From Synechococcales cyanobacterium CRU_2_2 (GTDB lineage: Bacteria; Cyanobacteriota; Cyanobacteriia; PCC-9006; JAAUQQ01), in assembly GCA_012034805.1 (NCBI GenBank), contig JAAUOP010000001.1, forward strand, positions 38,843 through 102,842: a stretch of DNA of 64,000 nucleotides, read 5' to 3'. The position numbers and the translations under genes are program-made. Positions 1-8,388 of the stretch are shown in pieces (position 1 is the first letter of the stretch; the number at the start of each line of letters is the position of its first letter). The notes under the pieces are model-generated. The model saw nothing but the letters and a program-made list of their open reading frames with translations, was not told the DNA's origin and did no database searches.

Positions 1-1
1 T

Positions 2-211
2 GCCAATGCTCAAAATACCTTCGCAAGTACGATTTATAGCCTTTCAGAAGCCTTCGTTGCACCATTTTCGACGCTTTTTGTTAGTCCGAGCTGGGGGGGC
101 GATCGCTATATTTTCGACTTTAATCTGATCGTCGCGATCGTGGTTTACGGCTTAATGGGGCTATTGGCCAGTCGGTTGATCCAGGTTTTTGTGGGGAGTG
201 GCGATCGCTAG
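2..211 (+). CDS. 3' part of a YggT-family membrane protein (runs off the window start)
   Basis: Open frame from base 2 reads ANAQNTFASTIYSLSEAFVAPFSTLF...LIVAIVVYGLMGLLASRLIQVFVGSGDR* (TAG 209-211). The 'IY.LS..FV.PF' pattern plus hydrophobic helix is typical of YggT. Confidence 0.6.
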   Translation, partial: ANAQNTFASTIYSLSEAFVAPFSTLFVSPSWGGDRYIFDFNLIVAIVVYGLMGLLASRLIQVFVGSGDR

Positions 212-364
212 AATTCCCATAGAAAACGATCTGGATCACTGAGCACCGAAATATGTTCGGTATAAACTGATGGTCACCAAAATTATTATGAACAACTCGG
301 TTGTCGAAGGATAATGACCGATTAAGGTGAGTTTGCTCAGACCCTGACGCAGCAACCAATCTCT

Positions 365-1045
365 ATGGGACCACAACTCGCTCGCATTCTTGTGGTAGAA
401 GACTATCCATTGCTTTTGGATGGAATTGTTAATTTGTTGGAAAAGCACTATCCGGATGCAGACATTTGGACCGCCAGCTCCGTGCGGGAAACTTGGGCTC
501 AGCTGGAGCTTAGCTTGCCGGATTTGGTGGTGTTTGACTTGGCCATTCCCACCGATGAACAAGATCAGCAGCAAGCGCAGCCGGAAACAGGAATTCGGTT
601 GCTGAAGCAAATCATGCAGCAATATTCCCAACTCAATATTGTGGTACAGAGTACCTATACAAAGGCGTTGGTGAGGATTATTCCACAGATTGATGAGCAC
701 CTGGGTGGATTTACGATTATTGAAAAAAGCCGTTCTAGCCAGGAAGTACTTGAGCGGATCGAGAGTGCAAGACGAGGCTATACCAATACCCAAGAAATTC
801 GTAAGCTTCAATCTGGAGTCGAAGTGAAGCCCGAATGGACTGATGTTCTTACTTTGGCATTTCAGGAAGGCCTGCAAGATCGGGCGATCGCCCAACGGAT
901 GAATGTTCAAATCGGTACGATTCGACACTATTGGCGCAAGCTTTATGATGTTCTAGAAATTGACCTAGAAGCAGAGCGCAAGGTAGGACGAAATCTCCGT
1001 ACAGTTTCTGAAATTAACGCTCGGCATAAAGGCTTGATTGATTAG
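365..1045 (+). CDS. NarL/LuxR-type two-component response regulator
   Basis: Receiver domain (ILVVEDY, LVVFDLAIP with phospho-Asp) and C-terminal HTH (GLQDRAIAQRMNVQIGTIRHYWRKLYDVL). Confidence 0.9.
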   Translation: MGPQLARILVVEDYPLLLDGIVNLLEKHYPDADIWTASSVRETWAQLELSLPDLVVFDLAIPTDEQDQQQAQPETGIRLLKQIMQQYSQLNIVVQSTYTKALVRIIPQIDEHLGGFTIIEKSRSSQEVLERIESARRGYTNTQEIRKLQSGVEVKPEWTDVLTLAFQEGLQDRAIAQRMNVQIGTIRHYWRKLYDVLEIDLEAERKVGRNLRTVSEINARHKGLID

Positions 1046-1127
1046 AGCTTGATTGATTAGAGCCTGATTAATTAGAAGCTAAAGAATTTGTATTGAATGA
1101 ACTCCTAATTTTCGAAAGTGGAGAGTT

Positions 1128-3101
1128 TTGATGCTTCGAACTAGATGGAGTCAGCTCAAACAAATGCTGATTCAGCAATCTTTGGGGATTGGAGCGATCG
1201 CCTTTTTGCTGTCGCTCAAAGCTACGGGTGTTTTGCAGGCGATCGAACTCAATCAGCTCGATCAATTTCTAAAACTTCGGCCTGAAGAGACTGTAGAAAA
1301 CAGAATTTTGCTCGTGAAAATCGATCAGCTCTATCTCGATCGGATGCAGCACAAATATTCCGATCGCGCTGGCCTTGAGTATCAAGCTCTCGCCGATTTA
1401 ACGCAACTGATTTTGGCTAGTCAACCGGCCACTGTTGCTCTTGATATTCCTGTTGTTCGGCTTTCTGGCGATGGGCAGGATAATTTACTCCGTCTCTTCG
1501 AGCAATATCCAGAACTGATTACAGTTGAAAAAGCATTCCGCCCCAGAATTCCCCCCATCTCTAGTATTCCAGCCCAACAGCTTGCCTTTAATGACTTTCC
1601 CATTGATCTAGATGGTAATGTGCGGCGTACATTTCTCGTTTCTTATACAGCAGAACAGGAGGAAATTAAGTCCTCTCTCTCGTTTCGGCTAGCGGAACTC
1701 TATCTCGATAAAATGCATGGCATTGGGGTGAGCAATGGCCAGCGAGATCCAGATGCCCCACAATTTGGTGAGGTGGAGATTCCCCGATTAAAGTTGAATC
1801 GAGAGCCTTATTTGGGCGATTCCAATATCGATGGCATTCAAACAATCATCTCATTTCGTCAGCAAAATGCAGCCTTTGAAGCGATTACAGCAAGTGCAAT
1901 CCTAGAAAATTCGGATCAGAACGAACGAATTCAGAACAAAATTGTCATCGTCGGCATCACAGCCCCCAAATTGACAACCTCCCTAAATACGACTTTTCCC
2001 AAGGTTCGATTAGGGGAAGAAGAAATGATTGGGAACGGTATGCTGGGCATCGAACTCCAAGCTCATGCAACCAGCCAAATTCTGAGTTCGGTTCTAGACA
2101 ATAGGGCTTTGATTCGAGGAATCAGTCAAACTTACAGCTATGGTCTCCTGTTGATGTTTGGCATCGCTGGATGTGCCTTAGGCCGGAGCTCAAAAAATGT
2201 TTTTGTCAGTCTGCTCGGCTTGCTGATTGCTGCATTCGGCCTATGGATAGTCTGCTATCTAATTTTTCTGACGTCCGGGCTTTATCTCCCTCCTGTGGTC
2301 AATCTCTTGATGTTGACCGTCACAGCCCTAATCTACATGCTTCTATCTCAGCGTGAGATTGCTGATCAAGAAATTGCAGCAGAACGAAAGGTTCTAGAGC
2401 TTGCTGCCCAAGACCGAGACAGCCGATGGCAAGAGCGTCGTCGGGCGATCGAAGATGTGTTTGGAGAGATCCACAATGGCCCGCTACAAATGCTCTCCAT
2501 CACCCTGCGTCAAATTCAGGATGGGGAGACCTCGATCGCTAAAATTGAAACTCAGCTGCAAGCACTCAACCAGCAAATTCGCCTGGTTGGGGAACATCTC
2601 AAACGAGAATCCCAGATTGAGGCCCGTCAGAGTTTACTGTGGGGTAATCAACAAATCGATCTGAATCAACCTCTGCATGAACTGCTCTATGAAGTCTACA
2701 CAGTCAGCTTGCAGGCAGATTGGCCCAATTTCAGAAATTTAAAAGTCAAATCACGTTCATTTGATCCTCTGGGTCAAGCTCAATTGAGCAATGAAGAAAA
2801 AGATTGGCTCGGTCGCTTTCTCGCAGAGGCGATTTGCAACGTTGGTAAACATGCCCATGGGGCAACGCGGTTGGTTGTGCGAGGACAAAGATGTTCTGAA
2901 CGCTACACCCTATCCGTTGAGGACAATGGCTACAATGGCCACAACGGAGATATAGTCCTGGGCGATCGCGCAGGTGGCGGCACCAAAATGGCTCGGGAGC
3001 TAGAGTGCCGCATGAATGGAACATTTTCACGGGAACAGCTCTCTCCCCAAGGGTTTCGCTGTATTTTAAGCTGGTCTCTTCAGTCCAGCAAAAACGTGTA
3101 A
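1128..3101 (+). CDS. CHASE2-domain membrane sensor histidine kinase (HisKA_3-like + HATPase)
   Basis: N-terminal TM; CHASE2 hallmarks (RILLVKID, DLDGNVRR, KIVIVG, GIELQAHATSQIL); three TM helices; H-box EIHNGPLQ; HATPase EAICNVGKHA..VEDNG. Confidence 0.88.
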   Translation: MMLRTRWSQLKQMLIQQSLGIGAIAFLLSLKATGVLQAIELNQLDQFLKLRPEETVENRILLVKIDQLYLDRMQHKYSDRAGLEYQALADLTQLILASQPATVALDIPVVRLSGDGQDNLLRLFEQYPELITVEKAFRPRIPPISSIPAQQLAFNDFPIDLDGNVRRTFLVSYTAEQEEIKSSLSFRLAELYLDKMHGIGVSNGQRDPDAPQFGEVEIPRLKLNREPYLGDSNIDGIQTIISFRQQNAAFEAITASAILENSDQNERIQNKIVIVGITAPKLTTSLNTTFPKVRLGEEEMIGNGMLGIELQAHATSQILSSVLDNRALIRGISQTYSYGLLLMFGIAGCALGRSSKNVFVSLLGLLIAAFGLWIVCYLIFLTSGLYLPPVVNLLMLTVTALIYMLLSQREIADQEIAAERKVLELAAQDRDSRWQERRRAIEDVFGEIHNGPLQMLSITLRQIQDGETSIAKIETQLQALNQQIRLVGEHLKRESQIEARQSLLWGNQQIDLNQPLHELLYEVYTVSLQADWPNFRNLKVKSRSFDPLGQAQLSNEEKDWLGRFLAEAICNVGKHAHGATRLVVRGQRCSERYTLSVEDNGYNGHNGDIVLGDRAGGGTKMARELECRMNGTFSREQLSPQGFRCILSWSLQSSKNV

Positions 3102-3247
3102 GAAGCTTGTGTAAAAAATTCTTTTTTCACCACTCTCGTTTATGCTAGGGTGTCAAGCCCCGTGGATGCTTGTATATATTACAGCCTTGATTGTTACCCT
3201 ACTAGATTCAGTATTCTTAAGGTGCTAGCCTTGTGTGTCCTATTCCT

Positions 3248-3397
3248 ATGAGTCTTATTACTAAAGTTCAAGTTAGCTTGATGGCGATCGCGCTGATTTT
3301 AAGCAGTTATCCGCCCGTAGCCGTCGCGAATGGCTATCAACCTCAAAAGGATGACTCGACAACGCATACCGGTAAAACCGGTAGTTCTAGCCGATAG
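3248..3397 (+). CDS. Small secreted peptide precursor, 49 aa (not in ORF track)
   Basis: ATG 3248 to TAG 3395-3397: MSLITKVQVSLMAIALILSSYPPVAVA-NGYQPQKDDSTTHTGKTGSSSR. Sec-like signal peptide (K, hydrophobic core, AVA cleavage motif) followed by a 22-aa polar peptide. Confidence 0.65.
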   Translation: MSLITKVQVSLMAIALILSSYPPVAVANGYQPQKDDSTTHTGKTGSSSR

Positions 3398-3546
3398 GCT
3401 TCAGAAAGCGTAGACCAGAAGAAAACAGAGACCTTAAACAAAAGTGCAATGCTCCACAACAAAAGCTGTAGCATCCCGTTAAACAAAGCAGCCACGAGAT
3501 TGCCAAGGAAGATCAATGCCTGACTGGAGAGCTTGCTCTACAGTTA

Positions 3547-3582
3547 GTATCAGTAATTTTGCTGCAGCGAAATTACTGATAC
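3547..3582. promoter_or_regulatory. 36-bp near-perfect palindrome, candidate operator or hairpin
   Basis: GTATCAGTAATTT-T-GCTGCAGC-G-AAATTACTGATAC: perfect 13-bp arms, palindromic 8-bp centre, one mismatch. Confidence 0.55.
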
Positions 3583-3614
3583 CAAGCCCTGAACTGTCTT
3601 AGGAGCTGCTCACC

Positions 3615-3785
3615 ATGGAACCGATTACGATATTTGCGTTGGTGTGTATCGTGGCTGTGATCTCCAAGGGAACCCTGTTTCCCGAACCCACTAAACCCAA
3701 GCCGACGGAAGAGGAAAAGCTAGCCGAAGCCCTAACGCTCATCCTGAAAAAAACGATCACCCCCACCCCCTCTTCGGATGCCTAG
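3615..3785 (+). CDS. Small single-TM membrane protein, 56 aa (not in ORF track)
   Basis: AGGAG at 3601-3605, then MEPITIFALVCIVAVISKGTLFPEPTKPKPTEEEKLAEALTLILKKTITPTPSSDA*. Confidence 0.65.
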   Translation: MEPITIFALVCIVAVISKGTLFPEPTKPKPTEEEKLAEALTLILKKTITPTPSSDA

Positions 3786-3881
3786 GGATTCGGGCCCAGC
3801 GAACCGACAAACCCGCCCCTGCAATAACCAGTTCTGCAAGGGCCAGGTTTGAAAGGGCCAGGTTTGCAAGGGCTAGCTTTT

Positions 3882-4871
3882 CTAGAGCGCATTCAACAAC
3901 GCCTTGGTTTCCTCAGTGTGGAGACGAGCACCCAAGCTGGTCACGAGCTTTGAGGAAGCCAAGGAACCCAGACGACCCGCGTCGGCCCAGCCCATTCCGT
4001 GGGTGATGCCATACAGAACGCCGCCCGCATACATGTCACCGGCACCGACCGTGTCGATCGCCTTGACCGGATAGCCTGCGATTTCCAGTAGATTCTCACC
4101 GTCGAAAATGACTGAGCCCTTAGGGCCGAGGGTAATGGCAAAGGTTTTGGCGAGGGTTTTGAGGTGGGCGATCGCCTCTCCCAAATCCTCCGTCTCAGCC
4201 ATGGCCAACGCTTCACTCTCATTGGCAAACAGCAAATCTACGCCCGCGCCAATCATCTCTCGCAGCCCGTCTTTAAAGAACTTCACCATATTCAAATCCG
4301 AGAGCGTCAGGGCCGTTTTTTGGCCTGCGGCGGTGGCCAGTTCACGGGCTTTGATGGCGGCTTGCTTGCTGGTTTCACCTGTGACGAGATAGCCCTCGAT
4401 GTAGGTGTATTGGGATTTGGCGATCGCCTCCCCATCTAGCTCCTGATCCGAAAACGTTGCCGAAACCCCCAAGAAGGTGTTCATCGTGCGATCGGCATCC
4501 GGCGTCACCAGCACCAGACACTTACCCGTAATTCCATCTCCAGGCGTTTGCTGCTGCAAATTCGTCGCCACGCCGCAGTCAAGCAAATCCTTGAGGTAAT
4601 ACTGGCCAAAGGCATCATTGGCCACCTTGCAAGAATAAAACGCCTGCCCACCAAACTGGCTAATGGCAATAATCGTATTGGCTGCAGACCCCCCGGAGGT
4701 TTGCTTCGTCGCCCTATCCGAGAGATGGGACAGAATTTTGTCCTGGGTCTCCTCATCCAAAAGCGTCATGACCCCCTTATCGATATCCAGGGATTGCAGC
4801 GTTTCGACCGAAACCTCGCACTCAATGTCCAGCAGGGCGTTGCCCAAGCCATATACGTCGTACCGCGCCAT
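3882..4871 (-). CDS. PfkB-family sugar/nucleoside kinase (adenosine kinase-like)
   Basis: GGSAANT motif, DADRTMNTFLG, and PfkB signature IDTVGAGDMYAGG; GAGGA RBS upstream of the ATG at 4871. Confidence 0.9.
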   Translation of the reverse strand: MARYDVYGLGNALLDIECEVSVETLQSLDIDKGVMTLLDEETQDKILSHLSDRATKQTSGGSAANTIIAISQFGGQAFYSCKVANDAFGQYYLKDLLDCGVATNLQQQTPGDGITGKCLVLVTPDADRTMNTFLGVSATFSDQELDGEAIAKSQYTYIEGYLVTGETSKQAAIKARELATAAGQKTALTLSDLNMVKFFKDGLREMIGAGVDLLFANESEALAMAETEDLGEAIAHLKTLAKTFAITLGPKGSVIFDGENLLEIAGYPVKAIDTVGAGDMYAGGVLYGITHGMGWADAGRLGSLASSKLVTSLGARLHTEETKALLNAL

Positions 4872-5074
4872 CGTCATTCCTCAGCCTTTGTGCGTACAAG
4901 TTGAATGTAGAGATAAAAATCTTACCTCTTAACAAGATAAACCCCAGACAGACAAACCCGAGACAGACACGTCCCAGCCAAACAAAACCCACAAAAACAA
5001 AGCCCCAGCCAGAGCGGGAGCTTTACGATCTCATCCAGGTGCAGGGCATCTCAGCCCAGGAGAACACTCAAAAC

Positions 5075-5263
5075 TCACGTACGAAAACGCCGCTTGTTTT
5101 GCCGGTGGCGAGCCACCAGCTTGCGCTTGCGCTTTTCAATCGGGGTCTCAAAATGGCGGTGCTTGCGCATCTCAGCAAAAATGCCGGCCTTCGAGACCTC
5201 TCGCTTAAAGCGGCGGAGCGTCGATTCAATCCCTTCACCATCACCCGGTATTACTTGGGTCAT
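5075..5263 (-). CDS. rpsU: 30S ribosomal protein S21
   Basis: [40 protein letters not shown]. Confidence 0.95.
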   Translation of the reverse strand: MTQVIPGDGEGIESTLRRFKREVSKAGIFAEMRKHRHFETPIEKRKRKLVARHRQNKRRFRT

Positions 5264-5343
5264 CTAAATCTCATTCATAATCAACTGCAACATGCTTGCT
5301 CCAGGATACCCTCCAAGGCAGGGCTTCTGTCGAGCCGTCCAAA

Positions 5344-5589
5344 CTATTGACGAGGTTTGGCCTTATTCACTTTCAAATCTCGGCCCATCCACTCTGCGCC
5401 GTCTAGAGCTTCGATCGCAGCCGCTTCTTCTGAGTCACTAGCCATTTCAATAAACGCAAAACCTCTGAGACGACCGGTGTCACGATCGGCAACCAGGTGA
5501 GCCCGCTTGACCGTGCCATACTCAGCGAAAACATCGGTCAAATCGTCTTGGGTCACGTCGAAGGACAGATTCCCGACAAAAACAGACAT
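5344..5589 (-). CDS. rbp: RRM RNA-binding protein (Rbp), lacking the Gly-rich tail
   Basis: RNP2 VFVGNL, RNP1 RGFAFIEM, ALDGAEWMGRDLKVNKAKPR; rbp-rpsU synteny is typical of cyanobacteria. Confidence 0.93.
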   Translation of the reverse strand: MSVFVGNLSFDVTQDDLTDVFAEYGTVKRAHLVADRDTGRLRGFAFIEMASDSEEAAAIEALDGAEWMGRDLKVNKAKPRQ

Positions 5590-5680
5590 AAAAACGCTCC
5601 AGAACAAAAGATGAAGAGAACTTTCAGATCCGGAGAAACGCATTTTATAACGAATAACAAAACCGAAAATAATCCTGTAC
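5590..5680 (-). promoter_or_regulatory. rbp 5' leader with elements resembling the conserved boxes of cold-inducible cyanobacterial rbp genes
   Basis: Minus strand reads TTTTCGGTTTTG...TTTCTCCGGATC...TTCTGGAGCGTTTTTATG, similar from recall to the TTCGG and TCTCCGAA boxes plus GGAG RBS. Confidence 0.4.
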
Positions 5681-5695
5681 TAGAAAAATACCACA

Positions 5696-5971
5696 CTAGC
5701 GGGCGAGGGATTCGATAATCCGCTCCCAAATTTCGAGCGGTGCCGAAACTGTAAAGTCCTCAAACAGGGGTTTTCCGTCGGTTTTAACGACGTTAATTTG
5801 AAACGTATCCTTATAGGTAATCAGCCCCTGGGGCACCCCCCCCTCACCATAATATTGCGCCCAGAGAATCGCTTCTAGGCCAAATTGGTGGGGATCTCGA
5901 ATAATGTAGTCCTCCCCGGCCCCAGGTTGGCCCACGTACCGTCCGTATTTTGCAAATAAATACTTTGCCAT
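5696..5971 (-). CDS. Hypothetical protein, 91 aa
   Basis: MAKYLFAKYGRYVGQPGAGEDYIIRDPHQFGLEAILWAQYYG...; globular composition; fills the gap between the psaB terminator and rbp. Confidence 0.55.
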   Translation of the reverse strand: MAKYLFAKYGRYVGQPGAGEDYIIRDPHQFGLEAILWAQYYGEGGVPQGLITYKDTFQINVVKTDGKPLFEDFTVSAPLEIWERIIESLAR

Positions 5972-6105
5972 AGACCCATCATAAGCGCCCATCCGATCCG
6001 GACGAACTAAACTCACCGAACCGACGGAAAGCCGCTTCGCCTGTCCTAGGCCAGCCATCTTCCTTAGAGCAACAACACAAAATGATAATCTCAGATGCAA
6101 ACAAC

Positions 6106-6131
6106 AAAGCCCCCGCCTCGGCGGGGGCTTT
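6106..6131 (-). terminator. Intrinsic terminator of psaAB
   Basis: AAAGCCCCCGCC-TCG-GCGGGGGCTTT hairpin about 30 nt after the psaB stop. Confidence 0.85.
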
Positions 6132-6159
6132 GCCTTGTCCTAATTAAGGGCGAGCGGCG

Positions 6160-8372
6160 TTAACCAAACTTACCTGCCGTGGAGGCAATTAGGAAGGCAG
6201 CGTAGGTCAAGACAAAGCCCACAGAGAAGTGAGCGAGGCCAACCACCCGTGCCTGAACGATGGAGAGTGCGACGGGCTTGTCCTTCCAACCAATCAAGTT
6301 GGCCAAAGGCGTGCGCTCGTGTGCCCAAACGATCGTCTCGATCAGCTCTTGCCAGTAACCTCTCCAGGAGATCAAGAACATAAAGCCGGTCGCCCAAACC
6401 AGGTGTCCAAAGAGGAACATCCAGGCCCAGACAGACAGATTGTTCGTGCCGTAGGGGTTATAGCCGTTGATCAGCTGAGAGGAATTGAGCCAGAGATAGT
6501 CTCTGAACCAACCCATCAGATAGGTCGAAGACTCGTTGAACTGAGCGACGTTGCCTTGCCACAGCGCCAGATGTTTCCAGTGCCAGTAGAAGGTGACCCA
6601 GGCGATGGTGTTCAGCGCCCAGAACAGCGACAGGTAGAAGGCGTCCCATGCGGAGATGTCGCAGGTGCCACCTCGGCCTGGGCCGTCGCAGGGGAAGCTG
6701 TAGCCAAAGTCTTTCTTGTCGGGCATCAGCTTGGAGCCGCGCGCATCCAACGCACCTTTGACCAAGATCAAAGTGGTGGTGTGCAGGCCGAGGGCGATCG
6801 CATGGTGAACCAGGAAATCGCCAGGGCCAATGGACAAGAACAGCGAGTTGGTGCCACTGTTCACTGCGTCGAGCCAACCGGGCAACCAGACGTTGCCGTA
6901 GTTCGGGTAGGCAGTATAGGCAACGCTATCCGGGTTGGACAACAACACATCGAAGGCATACATGGCCTTGCCCGAAGCTGCCTGAACGAACTGCGCGAAC
7001 ACAGGCTCAATCAGGATTTGCTTCTCAGGGGTACCAAACGCGACCGTTACGTCGTTGTGGACGTAGAGGAAAAGCGTGTGGAAACCGAGGAACAGAGAGA
7101 CCCAGCTCAGGTGAGAGATGATGGCTTCTTTGTGTTGCAGAACGCGATCGAGGACGTTGTTCTTGTTCGCCTCGGGGTCATAATCCCGAATCAGGAAGAT
7201 GGCACCGTGAGCAAACGCGCCCACCATGATAAAGGTCGCAATGTACTGGTGATGAGTGTACAAGGCGGCTTGCGTGGTGTAATCCCGCGCCATAAAGGCG
7301 TAGGGCGGCAGCGAGTACATGTGCTGAGCAACCAAGGAGGTGATCACGCCAAGCGAAGCTAGGGCGAGGGCCAACTGGAAGTGCAGCGAGTTGTTCAGTG
7401 TGTCGTAGAGACCCTTGTGGCCTTCACCCAAACCCCTGCAGGCGGTTTGTGACCGTCGAGGATTTCTTTGATGCTGTGGCCAATACCGAAATTGGTTCGG
7501 TACATGTGACCCGCAATGATGAAGATGACGGCGATCGCCAAGTGGTGATGCGCCATATCCGTCAACCACAACGACTCCGTCTGAGGGTGGAAACCGCCCA
7601 GGAAAGTCAAAATTGCGGTGCCAGCGCCCTGGGATGTCCCAAAGAGGTGGCTAGCGGTGTCAGGGTTCTCGGCATACGCGCCCCAGTTGCCACTGAAGAA
7701 CGGAGCCAACCCTGCCGGGTGGGGCGCGACGGAGAGGAAATTATCCCAACCGACGTGCTGGCCGCGAGATTCAGGAATAGCAACGTGCACCAGGTGACCT
7801 GTCCAAGCTAGGGAGCTAACGCCGAACAAACCCGCCAAGTGGTGGTTCAGTCGGGACTCCGCGTTCTTGAACCAGGCCAAGCTCGGACGGAACTTGGGCT
7901 GAAGGTGCAGCCAACCGGCGAACAGAAAGATCGCCGACAGGATCATCAAGAAGATGGAACCCTGATAGAGTTCTGCGTTCGTGCGCATACCGATCGTGTA
8001 CCACCAGTGATACACGCCGGAATAGGCAATGTTGACAGGAGAAGAAGCGCCCGCTTGGGTGAAGGCGTCGATCGCGCCTTGACCAAACTGGGGATCCCAA
8101 ATCGCATGAGCGATGGGACGGACATTCAGCGGATCTTTGATCCACTGCTCAAAGTTGCCTTGCCAGGCGACGTGGAACAGGTTGCCGGAGGTCCACAAAA
8201 AGATGATTGCCAGGTGACCGAAGTGGGAGGCGAAGATCTTTTGGTAAAGATTCTCCTCTGTCATGCCGTCATGGCTTTCAAAGTCGTGAGCCGTTGCAAT
8301 CCCGTACCAAATCCGACGAGTTGTCGGATCCTGGGCCAGATCCTGGCTGAATTTAGGGAATTTAGTTGCCAT
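6160..8372 (-). CDS. psaB: Photosystem I P700 apoprotein A2 (apparent 1-nt frameshift at 7433-7436, likely sequencing error)
   Basis: [36 protein letters not shown] start, [14 protein letters not shown] motif, C-terminus IASTAGKFG. Adding one G to a G4 run restores ...[17 protein letters not shown]... Confidence 0.97.
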
Positions 8373-8388
8373 AAGTCAGTTGCTCACC

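Noticed and set aside
3398..3523. Stop-codon read-through or a DUF928 body continuing the peptide ORF
   Set aside because: The frame stays open for about 40 codons but shows no DUF928-like motifs in any frame; no support for recoding.
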